64,000 nt of DNA from the NCBI GenBank assembly GCA_965178125.1, contig OZ237742.1, positions 1,240,001 through 1,304,000 of the forward strand, given 5' to 3'. The DNA is from Bilabrum cf. latius (Eukaryota). The notes beneath the pieces are model-generated. The model was not told the origin of the DNA. It did not search any database and saw only the letters and a list, made by a program, of their open reading frames with translations. Both the position numbers and the translations under genes were made by a program. Of this stretch, positions 14,107 to 25,438 are shown piece after piece. Numbering within the stretch: position 1 is the first letter of the stretch; every line of letters begins with the position of its first letter.

Positions 14107-14361
14107 ATGATCACTGTAAGCGGAGAAATCAACCCAGAAGATGTAGGCGTCTACAACTCTTCAAACAACACGCTGGTCGTCAGTGACCACGTGGAGATCT
14201 ACGGTGGATACACCTTCACCAAGCCAGTGGACAACTTGATGCCGTCGACACCGGGCACGTACAACCTCACCACGACAGGCGATGCCAGTGTACGGCTGCC
14301 TTCCGGGTTCATGTCGGGCTGGAAGAGCCTGAACATCAACACGGACACTCAACTCGGTTGA
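14107..14361 (+). CDS. Small hypothetical protein (84 aa; the in-frame upstream ATG at 13882 would give 159 aa), copy 1
   Basis: AAAGCCATG start, C/G-ending codon bias, protein-like T/N/G/V-rich sequence MITVSGEINPEDVGVYNSSNNTLVV..., ends in TGA. The only difference I see from copy 2 is synonymous (AAC/AAT). Confidence 0.5.
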   Translation: MITVSGEINPEDVGVYNSSNNTLVVSDHVEIYGGYTFTKPVDNLMPSTPGTYNLTTTGDASVRLPSGFMSGWKSLNINTDTQLG

Positions 14362-14883
14362 TCTGCCCGAGACTGAACAGTCCCGCCGGATTTTGTCCAC
14401 CGGCACCGAGGGAGCGAAGGCGTGATTTCCGCCAGGGAAATTAATTGGAGACGATCTGGCAGCATCACACGCATGCACTATGAGCCATTGGTTGAGCTCG
14501 TGATGCTGCAAGAGCGTAGATTCAACCATGGCCTATTGTCGGAGGCAGTTGCAGTTGGCGCAGCTGGTGGTGAATCCGGTCGGGCTGCCTGTTTGCATGT
14601 CAAAAGTACTTAGTATTACCGCTATCAGCATTTCAATCGTTTGGGCTATCACGCAATGTCGGCGAGGGTAACCTTTCATTGCACGGCTTCTTGTCAGGAA
14701 GTTACAATCACCGTGTGGAGTGAGGCCAAGGCGCCAGGCCTAGATTGTCTCAGCAGTGAGCCGAATGGTGCGACTTGCTGCCATTCACGAGAGATTGCCG
14801 CGTACCTAGTTTTGCAAGCACGCACTCAATCTGCCGTTGCGCTCGCTGGTAGCGCGCCGATCCCAGTCCCCACACAAGCAGGT

Positions 14884-15478
14884 TCAGTCGTCGTCGAGAT
14901 CGTCGTCATCACCGTCCAAATCCCCCTCCGCATCATCGCCTAGAAATAAGGAAGCATCCACCGTGGCCGCAACAACGGCCGCAGCGGCCGCTGCCGGCGC
15001 CGCCCCTGCCTCTGTCTCGCCGCCCACCGCCGCCCCAGACCCGGACGCACTGCTGCTGCCGCCACCCGCTGGCGCTTCCTTGCTCGCTTTTTTGCTCTTC
15101 TTCTTCTTCTGTTTCTTCTTCTTCTTGCCATCCGCGGCCCCGGGATCCGCCCCACCGGAAGCACCAGCCGCCGCCGCAGCGCCACCCCCGGCGGCCTCCT
15201 CCTCACCCTCCTCCTCCTCCTCGGCGCCTGTCATTGGCGTGCCCGACGGCTTCCCGCCCGCCTGGATCCGCTTGTGCTCCGCCATGGCCCTGGCTGCCAT
15301 GGTCTTCGCCCTTCGGCTGAGGGCGTCTCCGTCACCGGAAGACCCAGCCAGCATGGCCTTGAACTGCTCCTCGAGCGTCATGGCGCCGCCCAGGCCAGAC
15401 CCGCTGGCTGCAGTGCTGCCCCCCATGGCGGCAGCAGCCTCCTCCTACTCCACCGCATCCGCCAGGAAGACGATGTCC
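14884..15478 (-). pseudogene. Orphan 3' fragment of the DFRP1/ZC3H15-like gene created by the tandem duplication
   Basis: Near-identical to 16610-17192 but lacks the 5' two-thirds of the gene. It carries in-frame 3- and 6-nt indels and a GAG>TAG change. Confidence 0.8.
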
Positions 15479-15831
15479 CGTGTGGGCATGGGCATGGGCA
15501 TGGGTTCGGGTTTGTGGCTGTGTGAACTGAACGGTGAGTGGTTTTTGCAAACTGGATAGATCTAGCGACAGCTAGATGTTAGCTCGTTGCAACCGACCAG
15601 TCCAGCATGAGTCCAGAGTATCCTATCCGGTCTAGACCAAGGGCCCTCCAAGCTCGAGCTTGCCACGAGGCAGGGAGGACAGATCAACTGGTCAATGAAG
15701 GCCCCAGATCCGGAGCCGACATCACTCATCCGGAGTCGATACGCGGCTGGCCCCCGGCGCGCCGGATGCCACAACTAGCACCCAGTCAAGCCAAGCAACC
15801 GCGCTCGAGAGCAAAAGCAAGGACTAAAGCC

Positions 15832-16086
15832 ATGATCACTGTAAGCGGAGAAATCAACCCAGAAGATGTAGGCGTCTACAACTCTTCAAACAACACGCTG
15901 GTCGTCAGTGACCACGTGGAGATCTACGGTGGATACACCTTCACCAAGCCAGTGGACAACTTGATGCCGTCGACACCGGGCACGTACAACCTCACCACGA
16001 CAGGCGATGCCAGTGTACGGCTGCCTTCCGGGTTCATGTCGGGCTGGAAGAGCCTGAATATCAACACGGACACTCAACTCGGTTGA
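15832..16086 (+). CDS. Small hypothetical protein (84 aa), copy 2
   Basis: Duplicate of 14107-14361 with identical translation. Confidence 0.5.
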   Translation: MITVSGEINPEDVGVYNSSNNTLVVSDHVEIYGGYTFTKPVDNLMPSTPGTYNLTTTGDASVRLPSGFMSGWKSLNINTDTQLG

Positions 16087-16609
16087 TCTGCCCGAGACTG
16101 AACAGTCCCGCAGGATTTTGTCCACCGGCACCGAGGGAGCGAAGGCGTGATTTCCGCCAGGGAAATTAATTGGAGACGATCTGGCAGCATCACACGTATG
16201 CACTATGAGCCATTGGTTGAGCTCGTGATGCTGCAAGAGCGTAGATTCAACCATGGCCTATTGTCGGAGGCAGTTGCAGTTGGCGCAGCTGGTGGTGAAT
16301 CCGGTCGGGCTGCCTGTTTGCATGTCAAAAGTACTTAGTATTACCGCTATCAGCATTTCAATCGTTTGGGCTATCACGCAATGTCGGCGAGGGTAACCTG
16401 TTATTGCACGGCTTCTTGTCAGGAAGTTACAATCACCGTGTGGAGTGAAGCCAAGGCGCCAGGCCTAGATTGTCTCAGCAGTGAGCCGAATGGTGCGACT
16501 TGCTGCCATTCAAGAGAGCTTGCGCGCGTACTTAGTTTTGCAAGCACGCACTCAATCTGCCGTTGCGTTCACTGGTAGCGCGCCGATCCCAGTCCACACA
16601 AAAGCAGGT

Positions 16610-18331
16610 TCAATCGTCGTCGAGATCGTCGTCATCATCGTCCAAATCCCCCTCCGCATCATCGCCTAGAAATAAGGAAGCATCCACCGTGGCCGCAACA
16701 ACGGCCGCAGCGGCCGCTGCCGGCGCCGCCCCTGCCTCTGTCTCGCCGCCCACCGCCGCCCCAGACCCGGACGCACTGCTGCTGCCGCCACCCACTTCCT
16801 TGCTCGATTTTTTGCTCTTCTTCTTCTTTTTCTTCTTCTTCTTGCCATCCGCGGCCCCGGGATCCGCCCCACCGGAAGCAGCCGCCGCCGCAGCGCCACC
16901 CCCGGCGGCCTCCTCCTCACCCTCCTCCTCGTCCTCGGCGCCTGTCATTGGCGTGCCCGACGGCTTCCCGCCCGCCTGGATCCGCTTGTGCTCCGCCATG
17001 GCCCTGGCTGCCATGGTCTTCGCCCTTCGGCTGAGGGCGTCTCCGTCACCGGAAGACCCAGCCAGCATGGCCTTGAACTGCTCCTCGAGCGTCATGGCGC
17101 CACCCAGGCCAGACCCGCTGGCTGCAGTGCTGCCCCCCATGGCGGCAGCAGCCTCCTCCTCCTCCGCCGCATCCGCCAGGAAGACGATGTCCTCGTCGGC
17201 GAGGTCTCCGCCCTCCTCCCCGGCCCCGCCCCCCCCGGACTTCTCGAAGATGGAGGGGTCCGCCCGCAGCGCCTCCTTGGCGCCCATGTTCTTTTTAATT
17301 CCGAGTCGTTTGGCCTCCTCCGCGTCGGCCTCCTCGTACGCCTTTCGCCTGGCCTCGTCCCTGCCTGCCTTCCAGACCATAAAGGACAGGAAGGTCATGG
17401 GGGTCAGCTCCACCCTATCGTACTTGCGCAGCAGGTTGGTGCGCTTCTGCTCCAGCTCCTCCTCGAGCGTGAGCTCCTCGGGCTCGGCGGGCTCTGCGGC
17501 GCGGCCGGCGCCTCCCGCGGCGGCCACTGGTGCGGGCGCTGGGGGCGGCGCCAGCTTGGCGAGGTCAGCGGCGTCAGGGAGCTTGGCCCAGTCTTCCTCC
17601 TCTTCTTCCTCCTCCTCCTCGGGCTCCGGGGCGGGCTTGTCTTCCTTCTTTTTCTTCTCTTTCTTGGGTTTGCGTGGGATTGGCATACCGAGGAGTGCGG
17701 CCAGCTCCCTGTCTTGCTTCTCTCTCTGCTTCTTGGAGAGCTTCTTCGGCTTGGGGGGGCCTTCGTCCATCCCGGCCTTCTTGCGGGCGACCTGGAACTT
17801 ATTTTCCACATTCGATTCTACTTGCTTGATGAACTTTTGCACCGCCTTGCTCTTCTTCTTGTTCTTCAAACCAAACGTCTCTGCGAGGCAAACATGCCAT
17901 GCTATCCACGAATACAACAAGGTGGCCCGGGCACAGGTGGTCTGGGGGACACGGCACGCCGTTCGAGTAGTGTCCGGTGCATTAAACAGTCGATGAGCAC
18001 TCGAACCGGTCGTGCGGACTATCCCAGCACGATTCGATGCAGCCAAGCAGGCAGTCCACCGTTCTTGATGTGCCCACATGGCATTCAATGACGGCGATTT
18101 AGGCATCGCAGCAAGATTCCTTCCACAGACAGCACTATTCAGTAGTATAGATTTACATCCAAGACGAGAAAATTCTACAACAGTCTCATGAGCCTCGATC
18201 CAACTGGCAAACACATGTCAATGGCTACAACAGCGTGCATATCATGCGCAGGCTTTCTCACTATCCTCAATGATCCGGGCCTTGGCCTTCGCCACCTACT
18301 TTTTACCAACTTTTGCCTTTTTGGCTGGCAT
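16610..18331 (-). CDS. ZC3H15: DRG family regulatory protein 1 (ZC3H15/Tma46-like), 446 aa, lacking CCCH fingers
   Basis: Exon 1 18262-18331 MPAKKAKVGKK(TAG)VAKAKARIIED; intron 17881-18261 (GTGAGA...CAG) restores the signature IIEDKTFGLKNKK...VQKFIKQV. DFRP-domain motif LTLEEELEQKR...LTPMTFLSFMVWK. Ends in TGA. Confidence 0.85.
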
Positions 18332-18487
18332 GACAGACTTTCGGGTGCTTCAAATTACACTACCAAACGAGCCACATCAATAACCAGTTAATGTGAAAAG
18401 TGCACTCAACTACGATCCGATCACAAATCACCACGAACCGCAACCGTAGCATATACAGGGGTTTACAGGGTCTTTCCTGCAATAATC

Positions 18488-19537
18488 ATGGCTGTGAGTT
18501 CAGATCCATATTAACTTGTATTGTATGCATTCCACCTCTTAGCATGGGGCTGACTGGCGGGTTCAATGACCTGAAACTGGCATACCACGCCGATAGCAAA
18601 TCTCATTTCACCTGATTCTAACCTATTTTGCAAGTTTTACGAATCGCAGGACGTCGAGCCGCAGCGTCTGTCTACCAAGCGCCGTTTCGTTTAGGATGGT
18701 GTGTTCTACGCCGAGCTGAACGAGTTCCTCAGGAACGAGATGATGCCCGAGCACGACATGTGGGCCCAGGAGTTCAAGTCCGAGTCCCGTGGCTACGCCG
18801 GTGTGCACGTGCACCGCGACCTTACTTGCACTCACATCACCATCCGCACCACGCGCATGGACGACGTGATCGGCCAGGACGGCCGCGGCGTGAACGAGCT
18901 GCAGGGACTGATCCAGCAGCGGTTCGGATTCAGCGAGGGCCAGGTCAAGCTCGCCATCGAGAAGGTGGTGAAGCGCGGCCTCGCCGCCGAGGTGCAGGCT
19001 GAGAACGTCCGCACCCGTCTGTTGGAGGGCCTCCCGGCCCGCCGCGCCATCATGGGCGTGCTGCGCAACGTGATCGAGGAGGGCGCGCGCGGGTGCGAGG
19101 TGGTTGTCACCGGCAAGCTCCGCGGCGGCCGTGCCAAGGCCATGAAGTTCCGCCAGGGATACATGATCAAGACCGGCCACGCCCGGAACTTGTATGTGCG
19201 CAGCGCCACCCGCCACGTGATGATGCGCCAGGGCGTGCTCGGCGTGAAGGTCAAGATCATGCTTGACAGGGACCTGACCGGCGTGGACGGTCCCGTGGAG
19301 CCCCTCCCCGACATCGTGGAGATCGTGGACCCCGATGCCCCCAAGGCCAAGCCCGTCGCCAAGTCCGGCGGCGCCGGCTTCCGCCGCGAGCGCCGGGACC
19401 GGGACGACCGGGCCCCCGCCCGCTCGGCCGCCCAGGACGCGCAGGCCGCCGCCGCCGCTGCCCAGGCTGCCGCCGCTGCTGCTGGCGTGCCCGCGGAGGG
19501 CGCCGCTGCCCCTGCCGGAGAGATCGGCGGCCAGTGA
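18488..19537 (+). CDS. RPS3: 40S ribosomal protein S3 (uS3), 297 aa
   Basis: ATG GCT, intron 18494-18649 (GTGAGT...CTAAC...CAG), then DVEPQRLSTKRRFV(TAG 18692)DGVFYAELNEFL...GARGCEVVVTGKLRGGRAKAMKF...RQGVLGVKVKIML...PLPD. Ends in TGA. Confidence 0.97.
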
Positions 19538-20325
19538 ATTGGCCCCTGAGCTCTGCTTCTCCTCCTGCTGCTGCTGACCCCTCCGTCGTGGAGCCGTTTA
19601 AGGACGGAGGGTCGGCACGCATTCTTGATTGGCTGCTCTGCTCGCGGCGCGGTGGGACCACACAAATATTGGCCCGTTGCGTCGCGACACAGAAATTGGA
19701 GTAGTTTTTCGAACTGTACGTTTGCAATCATGGTGCTGTCATTGCTTCACGCATTCAAATTGCCTGGCAATCGTGGCCAACCGTGCTGGGCGGGGTGCGT
19801 CGGCTACGGTGCATTTCAAAACCTTCGACGGCTGTGCCCTTACGTCACATCAGTGTGTCGCCCCGTACTACGGCTCCGTCTTGAGCGTGCGAGTTGCTGG
19901 CGAAGCATCGACCGCGCTGCCGCCGGCACTTTGGCTGCCAGAGCCATGCAGGCTAACTTGTCCCCCCCCCCCCGCCTTCCTCGTGACTGCTTCCGTTCGA
20001 ATGGTGCACACCGGCTGCGTCCCGCTGGGTGCCTGCTTCGGTAGCAACAGACACTCGGTGCTGGTTTAGCCTGGGCCTAGCACCAGCAGGCCTACCAAGC
20101 AGAGGCCCCCAGCACTCGTTGCTCGCCCTCGACAGCCTCAGCCTGTCACAGCCGCGGGAAGGCCAGGCATTCATTCCAGTGCTGCAAAGCGGGCCGTGCG
20201 TTCATGCTTGCTGTCTGCCTCCGTGTGGCCACTGCATGAATCCCCACACCCGCCACCTGCCCGCTCTTTATGCAGCGGAGTTGATGCCACTTTATCCATG
20301 GATATTGCTCCCGCCCAGTCCCGTC

Positions 20326-21769
20326 TCACAGCTTGTGCAGCTTGGTCACGATGAACACCCTGACCTGCTGGTCCAGCGTGGCTGCCACCGCCAGCCCGTC
20401 TTTATCAGGGGACCAGTCGTACGAGACCACTGGCTGGGTGCTCACCACCTTTGAATTCAGCAGCTCGCACGTCCCCACTTTCCCTCTCATCCTGCCCTCC
20501 TCGTCCTTCTCCTGCCTCTTGGCTGGGTTGATGTACTTGTACACGTTCAGCCCGCCGTTGCCCCCGCACGTCATGAAGACGTCTCGGTTCTGCGGCAGGT
20601 GCCTCGCGAGCCACACGGTCGATTTGTGCGCCCTCTCCTTGAGCTCAGCGAATCCCTCCGTTGGGTGCTGCGTCCTGAGGTCGAACAGGTGGAACCGGCT
20701 CTCCAGGGTCGTGCAAACGAGCTTGTTCATCTCAATGTCCTTGCGGTCAAACTGCAGAGACACCACCCCATTGCCCAGGTTGGTCTCCCACCGCAGCGCA
20801 GAGGCCCTCAGGTCGAACAGCTTCACGTCTCCGTTGTCGTAACCAGAGGCGATGCACCTCTCTTCGTCACTGTACGAGTTGCCGAACGCCACACACCAGC
20901 AGTCCCTCGAGGTCTCGCCCTCGGCAGGTTCCAGCGAGAGCACCGCGTCCTTGACCCGCGGGTCCCACAGCTTCACGCAGCCGTCCCGTGACCCCGTGAC
21001 GATCTCCGGGGCGCCCCCTCCGATCCCTAGCCCGCCGCACCCGTCGATCCCGTTGATGAGTTTCTCGTGAGCCTGCACGCTGAACACGGGAGTGGCAGGT
21101 TTCTCGAGGTCCCTGCGGCAGGAAATTAGGAGGCCGGGGGGGGGGGAGGAAGCGGGTGGGGAAAGAGTGGGGGGGGAGGGGTGGAGTTGTCACGCGTGGG
21201 CGAGCACGCGGTGCCGCGAGTGAACCAGGCAAGACCGCATGCAATGGGACTACGCGCTGAGAATCACGCGAGCTGCAGGACGCAGAGAAAGTGACGGTGG
21301 TTCCGGCGAGGCGACTTCAGACTCACCAGATCTGCAGCCCGCCGTTGAATCCACCGGTGGCCAAGTGCCTGTCTTCCAAGAGGGAGGCGCCGAACGTGCC
21401 GCACTTGATGCCTTCTTTCTTCTCTCCGGCGTACAGCTCTTTTATGCCATCGGGTTGCAGCTCGTAAACTTTGAGGGCCCCAGTGCCTTTCGGGTTCACA
21501 CCCAAAGTGACGAAACGAGCGGACGAAGGTATCCATAGGGCCTCATACGGTGTAAAGGTCAAGCTCTAAGTCTGGTGCTCGATAATTTGGGGGGCATCAG
21601 TGGAAAGCATAGTCGATGAAGCTGCATCTGTCACGACAGCGCCGCCACTTTTCGGCTTCGAAGCGTCGCTAGACGCCACAACATCCAAACCGACGGGTGC
21701 GTCTGCATCGCTTCGCTCGCTACGCATTTTTGATTCTACCTCGGTGTCTACGTCACCAACAGCTGCCAT
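20326..21769 (-). CDS. WDR92: WD40 repeat protein WDR92/DNAAF10 (axonemal dynein assembly factor); start at 21769 (409 aa) or 21610 (356 aa)
   Basis: PQIIEHQT(TAG 21566)[19 protein letters not shown]...IKCGTFGAS; intron 21113-21326 (GTGAGT...CAG); [54 protein letters not shown]. Ends in TGA. Confidence 0.95.
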
Positions 21770-22083
21770 TATGTTCGAGTCTGATAGGTCTACGAGATTC
21801 GCGTTCCGTTGCAAGCGTACAACTCGCTCGAAATCAAAATTCGCTGCCTGTTACGCCAATTCAAGCAAATCGACGAAATGCCAAATGCAATGAGTATAAA
21901 ATACTCTAACAACTAAGGGTGATACTTTGTCTACCACTCAGTGCGTGGACCTCAGTTCGAACCCGGCCGCTCAGCCATAACAACACTCTATAATTAATCA
22001 CAAAACAAGATTTCGCGCAGAGGCCTCCTCCACGTTGATCGCACAGACTGTTTCGTGGCAGCTTTTCGAATCGGTCTGCTTCA

Positions 22084-25000
22084 ATGAGTGCTAAAACCTC
22101 TGGTAAATCCGGAGGTGCGGCCCCGGGTGGGGTCTCGGCAACGGTGCTGCAGAGCTCCGAGCCAATCTTGCGGTTCGCTACGCTCGGGCTCATCTGCCTG
22201 CTGGCGTTCTCCATCCGCCTGTTTGCCGTAGTTCGTTGGGAGAGTGTGATCCACGAGTTCGATCCACAGTTTGTGAGTGGGCCTGCCATTGCTTGTTTGC
22301 ACTCGTGCAGCTGTATCATTCCCAAGATATTTGTTGCGATCCACACCGACGCTGGTGGCACCACACTCTGCCCTTGATCCCTGCAGAACTTCCGCACTAC
22401 CAAGTACCTGTCATCGGAAGGATTCTATGATTTCCTGAACTGGTTCGATGACCGCGCATGGTACCCTCTCGGACGTATCGTGGGAGGGACGATCTACCCC
22501 GGGCTGATGGCGACAGCGGCCATCATCCACGGCGCGCTGCACTCCATCAACTTGACCATCAACATCCGAAACATGTGCGTGCTCCTGGCACCCATCTTTG
22601 CGGCCAACACGGCGATCGCCACGTACCTGATGACCTCTGAGGTGAGTGCTTATGACAACTCGTGCTCGGCGCCCTCCTCTTCGTCCAGCTCGCTGCAGCG
22701 GCTCGATTCACGACCCCTCAAGAAGAAGCCATCTGAACGCCCCCATGCCATTATGCTCTCGTTCCCATTTCGCAGGTGACCCGCCGGACGAGCACTGGCC
22801 TGCTCGCCGCCGCCATGGTGGCCATCGTGCCCTCGTACATCTCCCGGTCCGTGGGCGGGTCGTACGACAACGAGGGCGTGGCCATCTTCGCGCTCATCTT
22901 CTCCTTCTACACGTGGATCAAGGCCGTCAACACGGGGTCCATCGGATGGGCCGTTGGTGCTGCACTGGCATACGCCTACATGGTGGCCGCGTGGGGCGGG
23001 TACGTCTTCATCATCAACATCATCCCCATCTACGTGGTGGTCATGACCGTCTCCCAGCGGTTCACCTCCAGGCTGTACGTGGCCTACTCGGTGTTCTACG
23101 TGGTGGGTTCATTGCTGGCCATGCAGGTGCCCTTCGTGGGCTTCAACGTGATCCAGCAGGCCGAGAGCGCTGCCTCCCACGGCGTCTTCGTGCTCGTGCA
23201 GCTGTACGCGCTGGCTCGATTCGTGCAGCACAGGGTGGGCACGGACAAGTTCCGCTCCCTCATCTGGGGCGCCTCCCTACTGGCAATGGGCGCCGTGGCT
23301 GTCCTGCTCCTGATCCTGCAGCTCACCGGCAAGCTCGGGTGGACGGGCCGATCCCTCTCCCTCCTTGACCCTACCTACGCCAAGAAGTACATCCCCATCA
23401 TCGCCAGCGTTAGCGAGCACCAGCCCACCGCGTGGACGTCCTTCTTCTTCGACCTCCACCTCGCCGTGCCCTTCGCGCCCGTGGGGCTGTGGTTCCTGTT
23501 CCAGGACATCAACGACGGCAAGGTATTCCTCATCATCTACGGGACCATCTCGTGGTACTTTGCCGGTGTCATGGTGCGGCTCATGCTCACGCTGGCACCG
23601 GCAGCCTGCATGCTGGCGGCCGTGGGCCTCTCCAACCTCCTCAGCACCTTCGCGGCACACCTCAAGGCCTCCGCGTTCGGCGGGCAGGTACTCACGGCAA
23701 GCGAGGGACTCAGCGACTACGGGAAGCCCCTCCCAGGGCCCGATGGCCTGCCCAAGGCGGCAGCGGCCGCTGAAAAGGACGGAATTTCAGCAGCGAAACC
23801 GCACCCCGGCACGGGCAGCAAGGCGGCAGAGGAAGCCGAGAAGAATCTGCAGCGCACCGTGGTGCCCTCGGTGCTCTCCACGGGCATCACCGTCGGCGCT
23901 CTCATCATGCTCTTCTTCTACTCGATGCACGCCACCTACGTGTCCTCGGAGGCGTACTCCTCCCCGTCCATCGTGCTGGCATCCAGGCGTGCAGACGGCT
24001 CCAAGGTGATCTTCGACGACTTCCGCGAGGCCTACTGGTGGCTGAGGCAGAACACCAAGCCGGACGCGCGTATCATGTCCTGGTGGGACTACGGGTACCA
24101 GATGTCCGTGTTCGCCAACCGGACTGTGCTGGTGGACAACAACACCTGGAACAACACGCACATCGCCACGGTGGGCCGGGCCATGTCTTCCACCGAGGAG
24201 GACGCATACCCCATCATGCAGTCACTGGACGTTGACTACGTACTTGCCATCTTCGGCGGGCTCACGGGGTACCAGTCGGATGACATCAACAAGTTCCTCT
24301 GGATGGTGCGCATCGGCGGCGGCGTGTTCCCCCACATCAAGGAGCCGGACTATTTCGCGAACGGGCAGTACAGGCAGGACGCGGGCGGGAGCCCCACGAT
24401 GCTCAACTGCATGATGTACAAGATGTGCTACTACAGGTTCGACGAGGTCTCCACCGAGTACGGGAGGCCCACGGGCTTCGACCGCGCGAGGAACATCGAG
24501 ATCGGGAACAAGGGGTTCGAGATGGAGCACCTGGAGGAGGCCTTCACCTCGGAGCACTGGATCGTCAGGATCTACAAGGTCAAGCCGCAGGCCAACAGGG
24601 TGCCCACGGGCTCGGCCCCCTCGGAGGTGCGCAGGCTCAAGCGGCAGGCAGCCGCGCCGGGCTCGGGCAAGAAGGGCCCCAAGCCCAAGTTCAGGGGCTG
24701 CGTGGGCAGCGAGTCTTCCTTCGGAGGCGAGAAGGTGTACGGGGGTTCCACCACGGCGGCGCACATCTCGCTGGCGAGGCACCACGCGGTGGCCCACAAG
24801 AAGAGGTTCTTCGCGGTGGCGAGGGTGGGAGGGGACGGGCACGCCTTCGCCTTCGACCGCCTGGAGGGCGCCGACTTCATCACGGGAGGGGGCTGCGAGC
24901 GCCCCTGCATGGACGACAAAAACTCATACTGCGGGTGCGCGGACAACGCGTGCACCGAGGGGCCCGTTGCCGGGGAGGAACACAACCGCCGCTGGGCCGT

Positions 25001-25142
25001 GTACGAGATCCCCTCAGGGCCCGGCTCCGCGCAGCCCGCTGCCGCCCGCTCCTCCGGCAAGAAGGCCGGCAAGAAGGGCAAGAGGAAGGGGGCCAAGAAG
25101 GGCGGCAAGAGGAGGTCCGCCGGCAAGCGGTCCGAGCTCTGA
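22084..25142 (+). CDS. STT3: Oligosaccharyltransferase catalytic subunit STT3, 936 aa, with Cys-rich WSC-like C-terminal extension
   Basis: Introns 22273-22386 and 22642-22775. Motifs [66 protein letters not shown]. Ends ...RSEL TGA. Confidence 0.97.
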
Positions 25143-25438
25143 TTGTGACGATGCCGCGGTATGCTGGTGCCAGTGGGAACTGGCTGCCCAAGTCGAGAGG
25201 TTGCTGCCAGTGAGAGGCGGGCTTGCTGCAGGCCTCCCCAACGCCGTAACACGTTGTGCCGCTAGTTCGCCCCGATTCAAGTGATTCTTGGTGTTACTTC
25301 AACCCAGCACAATTCACGGAGTATATTTCGGAATGTTGCAACATACCCAAGGTCTCCTGGTCCATACAATGCATCACCAAGACCCGCCGAGCACAACAAC
25401 TCCCCCGCAAGGTCCGATTTCTCGACGGCCAGACGCTC

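Larger units (their letters stand above)
13759..17192. repeat. Direct tandem duplication of ~1.72 kb (copy 1 13759-15478; copy 2 15484-17192)
   Basis: Identical ORF translations recur at offset 1725. Both copies begin in a (GGGCAT)n microsatellite and end at AAGACGATGTCC, with a 5-nt filler CGTGT at the junction. Confidence 0.95.

Noticed and set aside
17881-18261. snoRNA or hidden zinc-finger exon in the long DFRP1 intron
   Set aside because: I could not find C/D boxes, a convincing hairpin or a CCCH pattern by eye.
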